From assembly GCF_006345805.1 (NCBI RefSeq), contig NW_021828295.1:1-8786 (forward strand): DNA of 8,786 nucleotides, given 5' to 3'. The position numbers were made by a program, and so were the translations under genes. This document shows, one piece after another, positions 1 to 8,385 of this stretch (the stretch's first letter is position 1; each line of letters begins with the position of its first letter). The DNA comes from Octopus sinensis (lineage: Eukaryota). The notes below the pieces were generated by a model that worked only from the letters and a program-made list of their open reading frames with translations, was not told the DNA's origin and searched no databases.

Positions 1-189
1 TAGGAAGGTAATATACAGATAAGATGTAGATATGAATCTTAGGAACATGAGGTAGTGTACTTATTCTTGTTGCTTATTTTTTATTATAATCACCCAGCGT
101 ATTTTTATGGGTAGCACCATAAAAAATTCTGGTGCATCTAAATTAAGTGCCATATTCATTTGAATCTAAATTGTTGCTGAACTTAACAA

Positions 190-201
190 ACATATACATA
201 A

Positions 202-248
<47 letters not shown>

Positions 249-312
249 ATATATATAATATATGTATGTATGGATGCATGTACATACATACATACATACA
301 TACATACATACA

Positions 313-346
<34 letters not shown>

Positions 347-379
347 CATACATACATACATACATACATACAAACATAC
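190..379. repeat. Compound microsatellite: (TA)n followed by (TACA)n
   Basis: Interrupted (TA)n at ~190-263, then about 24 TACA units at 281-379 with a few variant units. Explains the YIHT/MYVC ORFs. Confidence 0.97.
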
Positions 380-597
380 TTAAGTATATACTTTAGAAAT
401 TTTATATATCCGTGTAATGTTATAGTTATAATTTTATATAATTTTTATGTTAGTTTCTGCAGCATTATATTATTATCCGCTCAAAGACGCAAACATTTGT
501 ATGTGTGATATATATATTTCTGCGTCTATAATTTCCTTTTTATAGTTGTGAATGCACATTATATGGACTGGAAATATTTTCATGATTTTTATATCTC

Positions 598-627
598 ATT
601 ATATTATATTATATTATATTATATTAT
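598..627. repeat. (ATATT)n pentanucleotide microsatellite
   Basis: Five perfect ATATT units at 601-625 plus partial flanking units. Confidence 0.9.
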
Positions 628-667
628 GATAGGTCAATATATTACTGTATTATATATAATATCAGGA

Positions 668-720
668 TATATATATATGCATGTGTGTGTGCGGTATATA
701 TATATATGAATGTATATATG

Positions 721-801
<81 letters not shown>

Positions 802-1024
802 TACATACATATATATGTACTATATATAACATATATACATACATATATATTATATATATCCGCAAACCCGCACGACCGAGATTTTTTCTCATACACATTT
901 TAACCATTGTTAGCTAATTCTTTATCCGTGTTCCTTAATTGCATGTGCACGTGTGCGAGTATGTGCGTATATGTAATATATAATATATATATATATGTGT
1001 GTGTGTGTGTGTCTGTATGCATAC

Positions 1025-1080
<56 letters not shown>

Positions 1081-1162
1081 TATATATACATATATATACA
1101 TGTATATCTATATTATATATATTATATATATGTATATCTATATATATATTATATATATATAT

Positions 1163-1164
<2 letters not shown>
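668..1164. repeat. Interrupted (TA)n/(TG)n microsatellite blocks
   Basis: Long TA runs at ~695-859 and ~968-1164 with short TG runs, separated by a ~100-bp unique spacer. Confidence 0.95.
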
Positions 1165-1225
<61 letters not shown>

Positions 1226-1258
1226 TAGATAGATAGATAGATAAATAAATAAATAGAT
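1165..1258. repeat. (AGAT)n tetranucleotide microsatellite grading into (AAAT)n
   Basis: 15 perfect AGAT units at 1165-1224, a 2-bp interruption, about 4 more units, then AAAT units to ~1254. Confidence 0.97.
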
Positions 1259-1299
1259 GTAAACAACATATATACATAGACCGCTCGACAAACAGATTG

Positions 1300-1594
1300 A
1301 TGTATATGTATATGTGTATATGAATATATATATATATATATATATAAAACTTAAACTTAGATAAACTTAGATATGTTTTGACCAAAGATTGGTCCAGGCC
1401 ATGTCTAACTTAATAGCACCACCTGATTATATATATATATAATATATATATATATTATACATATATAGATATATATACACAAACCCTATATATACACACC
1501 ATATATATCACATATATATATATATATATGTATAATACACACATACACAACCCATATATATATGAGTGTGTGTGTGTGTGTGTGAGTGTATGTA
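1300..1594. repeat. Mixed (TA)n/(CA)n/(TG)n low-complexity tract
   Basis: TA runs at ~1323-1346 and ~1428-1530, and a TG run at 1566-1584. Confidence 0.88.
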
Positions 1595-1601
1595 TAATTT
1601 T

Positions 1602-1771
1602 CAGAATTCTCTCTTTTTTATATCTGCTAAGTGGAAACACACACATAGATATACGTATATAAACAGATATATATCTGTGTGTGTGTGTGTCTGTGTACCT
1701 GTTTATGTATGTATATCTATGTGTATGTTTACACTTAGCAGATATAAACAAGAGAGAGAGAGAGAATTTTG
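1602..1771. repeat. Long inverted repeat (foldback/hairpin), possibly a MITE-like element
   Basis: 1617-1666 (TTTATATCTGCTAAGTGGAAACACACACATAGATATACGTATATAAACAG) matches the reverse complement of 1699-1748 at 46/50 positions. The outer arms CAGAATTCTCTC (1602-1613) and GAGAGAATTTTG (1760-1771) also match, with an expanded (GA)n on the right arm. The 32-nt spacer contains (GT)n. Confidence 0.9.
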
Positions 1772-1869
1772 CAAACGTATGTAGAATTGTAAATGGATGT
1801 TTGTGCGTGTGTTGTGTGCTTGCATATTGAACCGGTGCATATGAATAATATACGGGGAAAAATGCATTC

Positions 1870-2264
1870 ATCCACACAGACGCACATACGCACGGACAAC
1901 ACACGCTTACATACAAACGTACATACATACTCACATATATATATATACACGCACGCATATATACAGAGTATTTCAGTATACGAGTATACGCTTGTCTGTA
2001 CAGAAATGTGTGTAGTTATGACTGCGCATATTTCGATGTATATAACGTATGGTCCATACATACATACATATATTGTATATATCTATATTATATATATTGA
2101 TTATATTGATATTTATATTCAATATTATACATATATATATATACGTATATATCTATATATATATATATATAATATATATAATCTATATATATATGATATA
2201 TATATAATATATATATATAATTATAAATATATATGTATTATCTATATATATTATATTATATATA

Positions 2265-2315
<51 letters not shown>

Positions 2316-2396
2316 ATATATATATTATATATAGATAATATATATCCATAGAGGAGCGAATTTTGCTATATCGAAAATATATCGAGCAATAATCTT

Positions 2397-2428
<32 letters not shown>

Positions 2429-2605
2429 TATTTATACATATATATACGTTATATATATATATATATATATATGATATATATATATATAGGGAGAGAGAAG
2501 AGAGAGAGACATATATAATACATATTTATTATATATATGTCGGTATATGTGAGAGTGTGTGCTTGTGTATTAATTTATCGGCATATGTATGTCTATATAT
2601 AAATG

Positions 2606-2652
<47 letters not shown>

Positions 2653-3052
2653 ATATTAAATATGTTGATGTGTTAACTATACATACATATACCTAAGCAT
2701 AGGTGTACACACACACACACAGACATATAAATGTATCTATATGTGTGTTGTGGTGCGTGTGTGTGTGTGTGCGTGTGTGTGTACATTCGTACATACGTAA
2801 ATACATAAATACAGTCGTGAATACACACATGAATCTACTCTAGTTGACATACATACATACATGTATATGTATATACATATATATATAAATATATAGATAT
2901 AAGTATATATATTATTATATATATACATATATATACTCTAGTTTAATATACATATATACACGTATATGTATATATATATATATATATTATATATATATAT
3001 ATATATAATGTATATTATATATATACATATATATACATATATATAAATAAAC

Positions 3053-3087
<35 letters not shown>

Positions 3088-3130
3088 ATATATATATAAT
3101 ATATATATATATATATAATATATATATATA
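1870..3130. repeat. Extended degenerate (TA)n/(CA)n/(TG)n microsatellite field
   Basis: Near-continuous TA-rich arrays (e.g. ~2070-2340, 2397-2488, 2595-2652, 2865-3130) with short unique islands. Confidence 0.93.
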
Positions 3131-3473
3131 TTACATAACTTTCTTTGTGAGTCTGAGCCCGTTTGTGTGTGTGTGTTGTTATCAGTACTGATCAAAACGG
3201 TGCGCTGCAAGCGGTCTTCAAGTGCGACGCCAATTTTAAAAAATATAATTTAACGCTTTTGAAACCAAACTAATACGTTAAGGTCTTCAACAACTTGCCT
3301 TTCATAATTTTGTTTTTCACAAATACGTTTGATAAAGTTAGATAAGCAATAGTTTTGTATATTTTTTCTAAATTTTTAAACTATATTTAAAAATATTTCT
3401 GTGCTGTGCGTGCAAGAAATATTGTTGGTTGATCTGCAGAGCGTTACAAAATGAAAGAAATGAGAGCGACGAA

Positions 3474-3724
3474 TGTATATATATACATACATTCATACAT
3501 ACATACAAACATACATACATACATACATACATACATACATACATACATACATGCATACATACATACATACATACACATGTATATACACACATGCAAACCT
3601 ACATACTCACAGAAATATATATATATATTATATATTATATAATATATATATACGCATATATATATATACATACATTCATACTTACATACACCACACCAGC
3701 ACACGCACATATATATATATATAT

Positions 3725-3755
<31 letters not shown>

Positions 3756-3760
3756 TATAT
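3474..3760. repeat. (TACA)n followed by interrupted (TA)n
   Basis: About 23 TACA-type units at ~3484-3575, and TA runs at ~3615-3670 and ~3709-3760. Confidence 0.95.
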
Positions 3761-3918
3761 AGATTTAATATATCCTTTAAGTTTGTTGAGGGGATACGTT
3801 TTGAATATGTATATAAGGCTTCTGTTTCTTTATGCCGGCTACACCCTAATGATACCAATTGACGATACTAGTTTCTTAGGGTCACACTGAGCTGTGGCGA
3901 TATAATGTAGGAGAAATA

Positions 3919-3932
3919 TAGTAGTAGTAGTA

Positions 3933-3965
<33 letters not shown>

Positions 3966-4032
3966 TAATCTATGAAGAAAAATACGATCCGCGCGTAGCG
4001 ATGCATTAAAATATTTATAAATTCATCCAGGG

Positions 4033-4069
<37 letters not shown>

Positions 4070-4151
4070 GTAGTAGTAGTAGTAGTAGTAGTGGTAGTAG
4101 TAGTAGTAGTATCATTATTATTATTATTGTTGTTATTATTATTATTATCAT

Positions 4152-4205
<54 letters not shown>
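3919..4205. repeat. Compound trinucleotide microsatellite: (TAG)5(TAA)10 - spacer - (ATT)12(AGT)14(ATT-like)14(ACT)17
   Basis: TAG 3919-3933, TAA 3934-3963, unique spacer to 4032, ATT 4033-4068, AGT 4069-4110 (one GGT), ATT/ATC/GTT 4111-4152, ACT 4153-4205. Confidence 0.97.
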
Positions 4206-4479
4206 GTGTGTTTTGTTTATTGGTGTAGTGATAAAATAGAAATAATGGAAGGCCGTTTTAAAAGTGTTATCCAGCTGGTACGGAGAACGCATGCGCTGCG
4301 AAGCCCATACAACGATATTACCAAAACAATATAATATCACTGGGAAAATGCTTTAGCCAACTTATTTTGGGAAAAAATGATATAAGCGGATGCCTCAACC
4401 TTAGTGATAATACGACTCCGTAGCTGACCCATGCATCGATGTAATGAAAATATGTAGCAAGTTTTGTTACTGCTATTCC

Positions 4480-4910
4480 CATTGTGTTTTTGGTATATCG
4501 TGATCAATGGACCGGCTGAATTTCCCCTAATCTATACACGCCGGCAACATTTTTAACCCCTCCGTTCTTATACCGATCTCTGCTTCGTGAGAGTGATGTG
4601 TAGCTAATCATGACTCCACGCGCTATAAGCAATACGTTTCATTAAATAATGCTTAAACCATTTCTTATTTAGGCTTACCTTGAACTTTTACACTTGGAGA
4701 AAATAATAATAGAAGTTCCAAATTGGGTCCACCATGACATTCTTGGATTTGGTTATTCTTGCTTGCGTATTAGTTGGTGAATGACATCTCAGCCACTTGA
4801 GTTTATAGTCCTCTATTTTCCAGAATGCGCCATTCAGTTCTCGCGATTGCAACGAATCATATTAGGGAAGAGAATATGCAGATCTCAATGTCATTCAGGT
4901 AACTCATCTG
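4480..4910 (-). mobile_element. Possible very old non-LTR retrotransposon APE-endonuclease relic
   Basis: Minus-strand translation gives motif-like pieces in endonuclease order: VES*L (4605-4619, cf. TESWL), HEAEI (4575-4589), DRYKNGGV (4555-4578, other frame, cf. DR..GGGV) and VAGVYR (4531-4548, cf. hhhYRPP). A second similar stretch, MSYLND..FVAI..AEMSFTN*YASK..HGG, lies at 4728-4907. There are many stops and implied deletions, so this could be chance. Confidence 0.3.
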
Positions 4911-5181
4911 TCAGATTTATTTAAACGAACCATGATAATTTCAAGTTTGTCGTTCCCTTGTGACGGCATTTGGTTAAAAAAATGTTTTACTTTTACAAAA
5001 TTCGCATATTTTCCTCCATGTTACGTATACACACGTTCGAAAAACATATTGTAGCCTCCATACGATATCAGAATAACCAGCACTCAAGTCTGTAACTTGT
5101 TCTGGGAGACATTCGCTTGAAGTACAAAGAATGTGTGTCCCAGGGCACCGAAACATGTCCAGTGGGGAACCGCTGTTAAAG

Positions 5182-5533
5182 GGTGGATATGGGAATGTCA
5201 CGACCATTTCGGGTATAGAGAAGGATCTAGCGTAGGTGGCCAAACGCTACCGGCTAGATATAGTTGGTTTCTTGTTTACAAGGTTCCGTGGTTCTAGTAC
5301 CGTACATTTGGATGGAGAGTGTAAAGTCCACTATTTAGGTGTGATGGCAACTATATTTGCACAGGTAGGAGTCGAGACTCACGCACGCAAGCCCCCGACT
5401 GCCAGATTATGTTATAGAATGGATGCTACTAGATGGGGAGGTTTGCCTTCTGAAGCTTAAACTGAAGGAAGGACTGCTGTGGCTGTTGCATGTATATACG
5501 CCAAACAGCGTGTCCAAATAAAAATCATTTCTT
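5182..5533 (+). mobile_element. Decayed RTE-clade LINE: N-terminal APE endonuclease fragment
   Basis: Frame 1: GYGNVTTISGIEKDLA*VAKRYRLDIVGFLFTRFRGSSTVHLDGECKVHYLGV..AQVGV. After a frameshift near 5385, frame 2: SPRLPDYVIEWMLLDGEVCLLKLKLKEGLLWLLHVYTPNSVSK*KSFL. This is collinear with RTE endonuclease motifs (WNVxT, RYxLDIVG, W.h.YSG, AGVG, R/L-rich strand, VYAPN). Stops at 5233 and 5519. Confidence 0.85.
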
Positions 5534-5548
5534 ATACTTTTTGGCATT

Positions 5549-5941
5549 TTGTGGAAGAGCCAGGCTCAGCTAGCCAGGATGTTCATCTGTTGGTCTACTC
5601 TAATGTCAACTATAAGCCCGATGGTGGTAAGTTGTGACTGACGCGCGCAGTTCCCCAGAAATGCTGACATGTTTGCAGAAAATCCTAGATGACGGAGATA
5701 AGTTGGAGTTTACATCTGTATCACACGCTTGCTCGACGTTGATCTTCTCGACGGTGTTGCAATTCTGAGTCGTCAAACGCACACCTAGATTACGTGATTA
5801 TATTGTGAAAGATGAGTACGTTTATTAAATACGCCCTCAATCTTGCTAAGCAAATAGACTAAGTAGTTCTGCGTCATGTAGTCACCCTCCGCAAACCAAA
5901 CTGAAAAGGTACTCGAGGCAATAACTAATCTAAAACCTTTT
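5549..5941 (+). mobile_element. Probable heavily decayed LINE reverse-transcriptase fragment (RTE-like)
   Basis: Frame 2: GVYICITRLLDVDLLDGVAILS (5705-5770, cf. L.DLDFADDhAhLS), LSK*TK*F (~5843-5869, cf. hN..KTK.M) and VLEAITNLKPF (5909-5941, cf. LE.V..FKYLG), in the expected order and roughly the expected spacing. The catalytic xADD reads LLDG, and there are multiple stops. Confidence 0.5.
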
Positions 5942-6536
5942 TTTTTTCTTTCAGAGAAAGTAAACATTTAAAGTTTCTTATAAAATATATTATGAGCAAC
6001 TGTCAAATTATATTCATTTGCATAATAGTTCATTCCCCGGCAACGTGTATTAATTAGCAAAAACCTGAGGCTACACTTGTTGATAAACTGTTAATAAATT
6101 TATAAATTTACATACAAAAATCATACATTCAACCTTACTGTCTAAACAGAACTATGTTTAAACAGGGTCCTATTCGTATCACAAATGCGAGAAAAACTCT
6201 GGTATTTCCAATTGGTAACTGCCATCTTATGAAAATATTTTTAAACAAATTCGTTCAACAGAAAGTAGTTTAGAGCTAGTTATAAAAGATGCTATGAGCC
6301 AAATCATACTCAGAACATTTTTCATTAGCAGAATGAACTGTAGTAGACGATCTTAATAAGACAGAAAAAAAAACTAATAAATATGTTTAACTCTAGAATC
6401 TATTTACACAGTGGGTTTAACATATATAATAATATAATGTACAGTATGTGTGTGTTGTTTGGGAGCGCGTGGGTTTGTTTGTGTGTGTGTATTATATATT
6501 AGATATATATGTATGTATGTATTACGTATGTACTCA

Positions 6537-6722
6537 GGAAAGAAAAATTATAAATAAAGAACTATTGAAAGACCGAAGGCAATTTAGTTAAAGAGAGTAG
6601 AAGAATAACAAATAATCCACAACGAAGAATAACATAAAGCAGTAAATGAATGAAGAAGGAGAAAACAGAAGAAAAATAAAGAAAGGTAGAGGATGGAAAA
6701 AAAATATGAAAATAAGGAAAAA
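6537..6722. repeat. Purine-rich (A/G) low-complexity tract
   Basis: Strongly A/G-biased plus strand (GAAGAA/GAAAA motifs). Explains the Phe/Leu-rich minus-strand ORFs at 6562-6938. Confidence 0.8.
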
Positions 6723-7297
6723 GGAAAACAATTGACAGAACTTGCAAAAAAAAAAATCTTCAGCAACAAACAAAATGTTAGAAACAGATACTTGAGAAGC
6801 GTATTCACACCTACACGTGTTTGAATTTGTGGTGTATACATGATAGTAGATGTAACTCCACTGCAGATATAAACTGTGTGTAATTTCATGGGAAAGATAA
6901 TTGGTTGGCAGTAGGTTTTTAAAACACATGTTTAGCATGAGAGGATTATGAGTCAGTGTGGAGACATCTTAAAACAAAAGCCCCGTTTGTGGTTGATGGC
7001 ATGAACGAAATTAGACAGTTTTCTAACGGTGATGTTGTCCAAAATTAGATATTGCTTTGCAGCACTGGCGCACTGGCATCGAGCGAATACAGGAAATCGG
7101 TACATGTTCTCATAAACCTGATCGTTGCCAAATTTATAATCATGCACATTCGGTATTCATTTTCAGAAAACAAAGCTTATTTGTTGAAGAGTTGTTGAGA
7201 GGTGAGTAATCTTAATGAAATATGATCTACTATGTATAATAGAGCTGTCGTGTTTGTAATACTCCAACCCGCCCATATAACCGATGACACACTGTAG
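6723..7297 (+). pseudogene. Possible decayed NACHT (STAND/NLR-type) NTPase domain
   Basis: Motif-like pieces in NACHT order across three frames: GKQLTELAKKKI (6723-6758, Walker A-like), LHVFEFVVY..LHCR (6811-6867), EDYESVWRHLKTKAPFVVDGMNE (6941-7009, Walker B hhhhDGhDE-like), ILLCST (7049-7066, sensor-1-like) and NLNEI*STMYNRAVV (7208-7252, cf. L..LC..P..h.hh). There are several stops and frameshifts, and the call is by eye only. Confidence 0.45.
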
Positions 7298-7419
7298 ACC
7301 TCATTGGGAATACCACATGAAAAAGCAGAACGGAAATCTCAGAGGATATAATCATCAATGCATTCAATTGATACTTCATCTCTACAAAAGTAACAATCTC
7401 CAAACTGAATAATTAAAGT

Positions 7420-7501
7420 CTCCCTTAATCTCTTTCTTTCTCTTTCCTTCTCCATCTCTCTCTTTCTCTCTCCTTTTTTCTTTTTGTCATTTTTCTCTTC
7501 T
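7420..7501. repeat. Pyrimidine-rich (CT/CTTT) low-complexity tract
   Basis: Almost entirely C/T on the plus strand, immediately upstream of the LINE fragment. Confidence 0.85.
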
Positions 7502-7527
7502 GCAATTCAATACATCGAAGTGTAATT

Positions 7528-7864
7528 ATAGTGCCAAAGGTCCCAGCAATGCCATCACGCTTCAGGACCAGTTACTGCAACAGCCTGAGTTTCAAGGGCC
7601 CACAGTTTTTCAATATTCTCCCAAAGAGTCTGAGGAACTTGCACAAAGTAGATGTAGGGGTTTTTAAATCAAAGCTGGATCTCTTCCTGTCGAGAGTCCC
7701 AGATGAACCTACCTCACGGCAAGAGGTGCAAATGAGGGTAGCTATATCAAACTCTATTCTTCACCAAGTGCCACATATTAGAGGCTCTTAGTAATAACAG
7801 TGTAGCAAAACGTCGGTGCATCAGCATGGCAGCAGCTCTGAGCTGAAACTAGAGAGAAAAAAAA
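7528..7864 (+). mobile_element. 5'-truncated CR1-group LINE: ORF2 C-terminus, 3' UTR and A-rich tail
   Basis: Uninterrupted frame to TAG 7789-7791: ..NSLSFKGPQFFNILPKSLRNL..FKSKLDLFLSRVPDEP..SNSILHQ. This is the typical ORF2 C-terminus of invertebrate CR1-group elements (F/WN.LP..FK..LD..L). It is followed by a short 3' UTR with hairpin CAGCTC-T-GAGCTG (7833-7845) and an AG/A-rich tail. The exact clade is uncertain. Confidence 0.85.
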
Positions 7865-8210
7865 TACTTAAAATTTGCACAGTCTTGTATTATTGAATGA
7901 ATCTTGCAGATATACCCAAAGTTCTCTTCAAAACAGTAACGGTATTGGTAAAATCTGTTTCAGAATATCAATGCCATGTCAATTTCTGCTTAACTTTGCC
8001 TACTTGGTAAGAAAATATACTCTTTTACTCTATTACTTGTTTCAGTCATTTGACTGTGGCCATGCTGGAGCACCGCCTTTAGTCGAGCAAATCGAGCCCG
8101 GGACTTATTTTTTGTAAGCCTAGTACTTATTCTATCGGTCTCTTTTGCCGAACCGCTAAGTTACAGGGACGTAAACACACCGGCATCAGTTGTCAAGCGA
8201 TGTTGGGGGC

Positions 8211-8277
8211 ACAAACACAAACACACAAACATATACACACACATACAAACATATATATATATATATATATATATACA
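8211..8277. repeat. (CA)n/(TA)n microsatellite internal to the SINE
   Basis: ACAAACAC.. units followed by a (TA)n run at ~8251-8275. Confidence 0.9.
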
Positions 8278-8374
8278 ACGTGCCTCTTTCAGTTTCCGTC
8301 TACCAAATCCATTCACAAGGCTTTGGTCAGCCCGAGGCTATAGTAGAAGACACTTGTCCAAGGTGTCATGCAGT

Positions 8375-8385
8375 GTGACTGAACC
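8375..8385 (-). promoter_or_regulatory. Degenerate RNA polymerase III B box of the SINE head
   Basis: GGTTCAGTCAC on the minus strand resembles GGTTCRANNCC. No A box is visible upstream (beyond 8406), so the promoter is likely non-functional. Confidence 0.6.

Noticed and set aside
48-56. TGAGGTAGT, identical to the first 9 nt of let-7
   Set aside because: The match ends after 9 nt and there is no precursor hairpin arm.
3968-4005. CCGCGCGTAGCG, resembling a Helitron subterminal hairpin
   Set aside because: The stem is only 3 bp and no CTRR terminus follows.
143-4340. Numerous 60-181 aa ORFs rich in YI, YIHT, MYVC, poly-V/I/L
   Set aside because: They are translations of microsatellites that lack stop codons in some frames and show no domain-like content.
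5040-5181. Possible HDV-like ribozyme in the RTE 5' region
   Set aside because: RTE elements can carry one, but I could not identify the nested double-pseudoknot pairings by eye.
5921-5960. Strong-looking 3' splice site (ACTAAT, poly-T, TTCAG)
   Set aside because: No convincing downstream exon or donor, and it overlaps the end of the RT relic.
6016-6026. POU octamer ATTTGCAT(AAT)
   Set aside because: A single 8-mer is expected by chance in AT-rich DNA, and there is no snRNA gene or promoter context.
6268-6279. GTTTAGAGCTAG, resembling a type II CRISPR repeat/sgRNA scaffold start
   Set aside because: Single short occurrence with no repeat-spacer array or cas genes, in a eukaryotic context.
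6562-7147. Minus-strand ORFs of 61-116 aa, some hydrophobic and membrane-like
   Set aside because: They are antisense to the purine-rich tract and the NACHT-like relic. Their composition follows from base bias.
7630-7637. CTGAGGA hammerhead-core-like heptamer
   Set aside because: Lies within LINE coding sequence, with no stem II or GAAA box following.
7875-8378. ORFs 7875-8117 and 8190-8378
   Set aside because: They run antisense through the SINE and are spurious repeat-derived frames.
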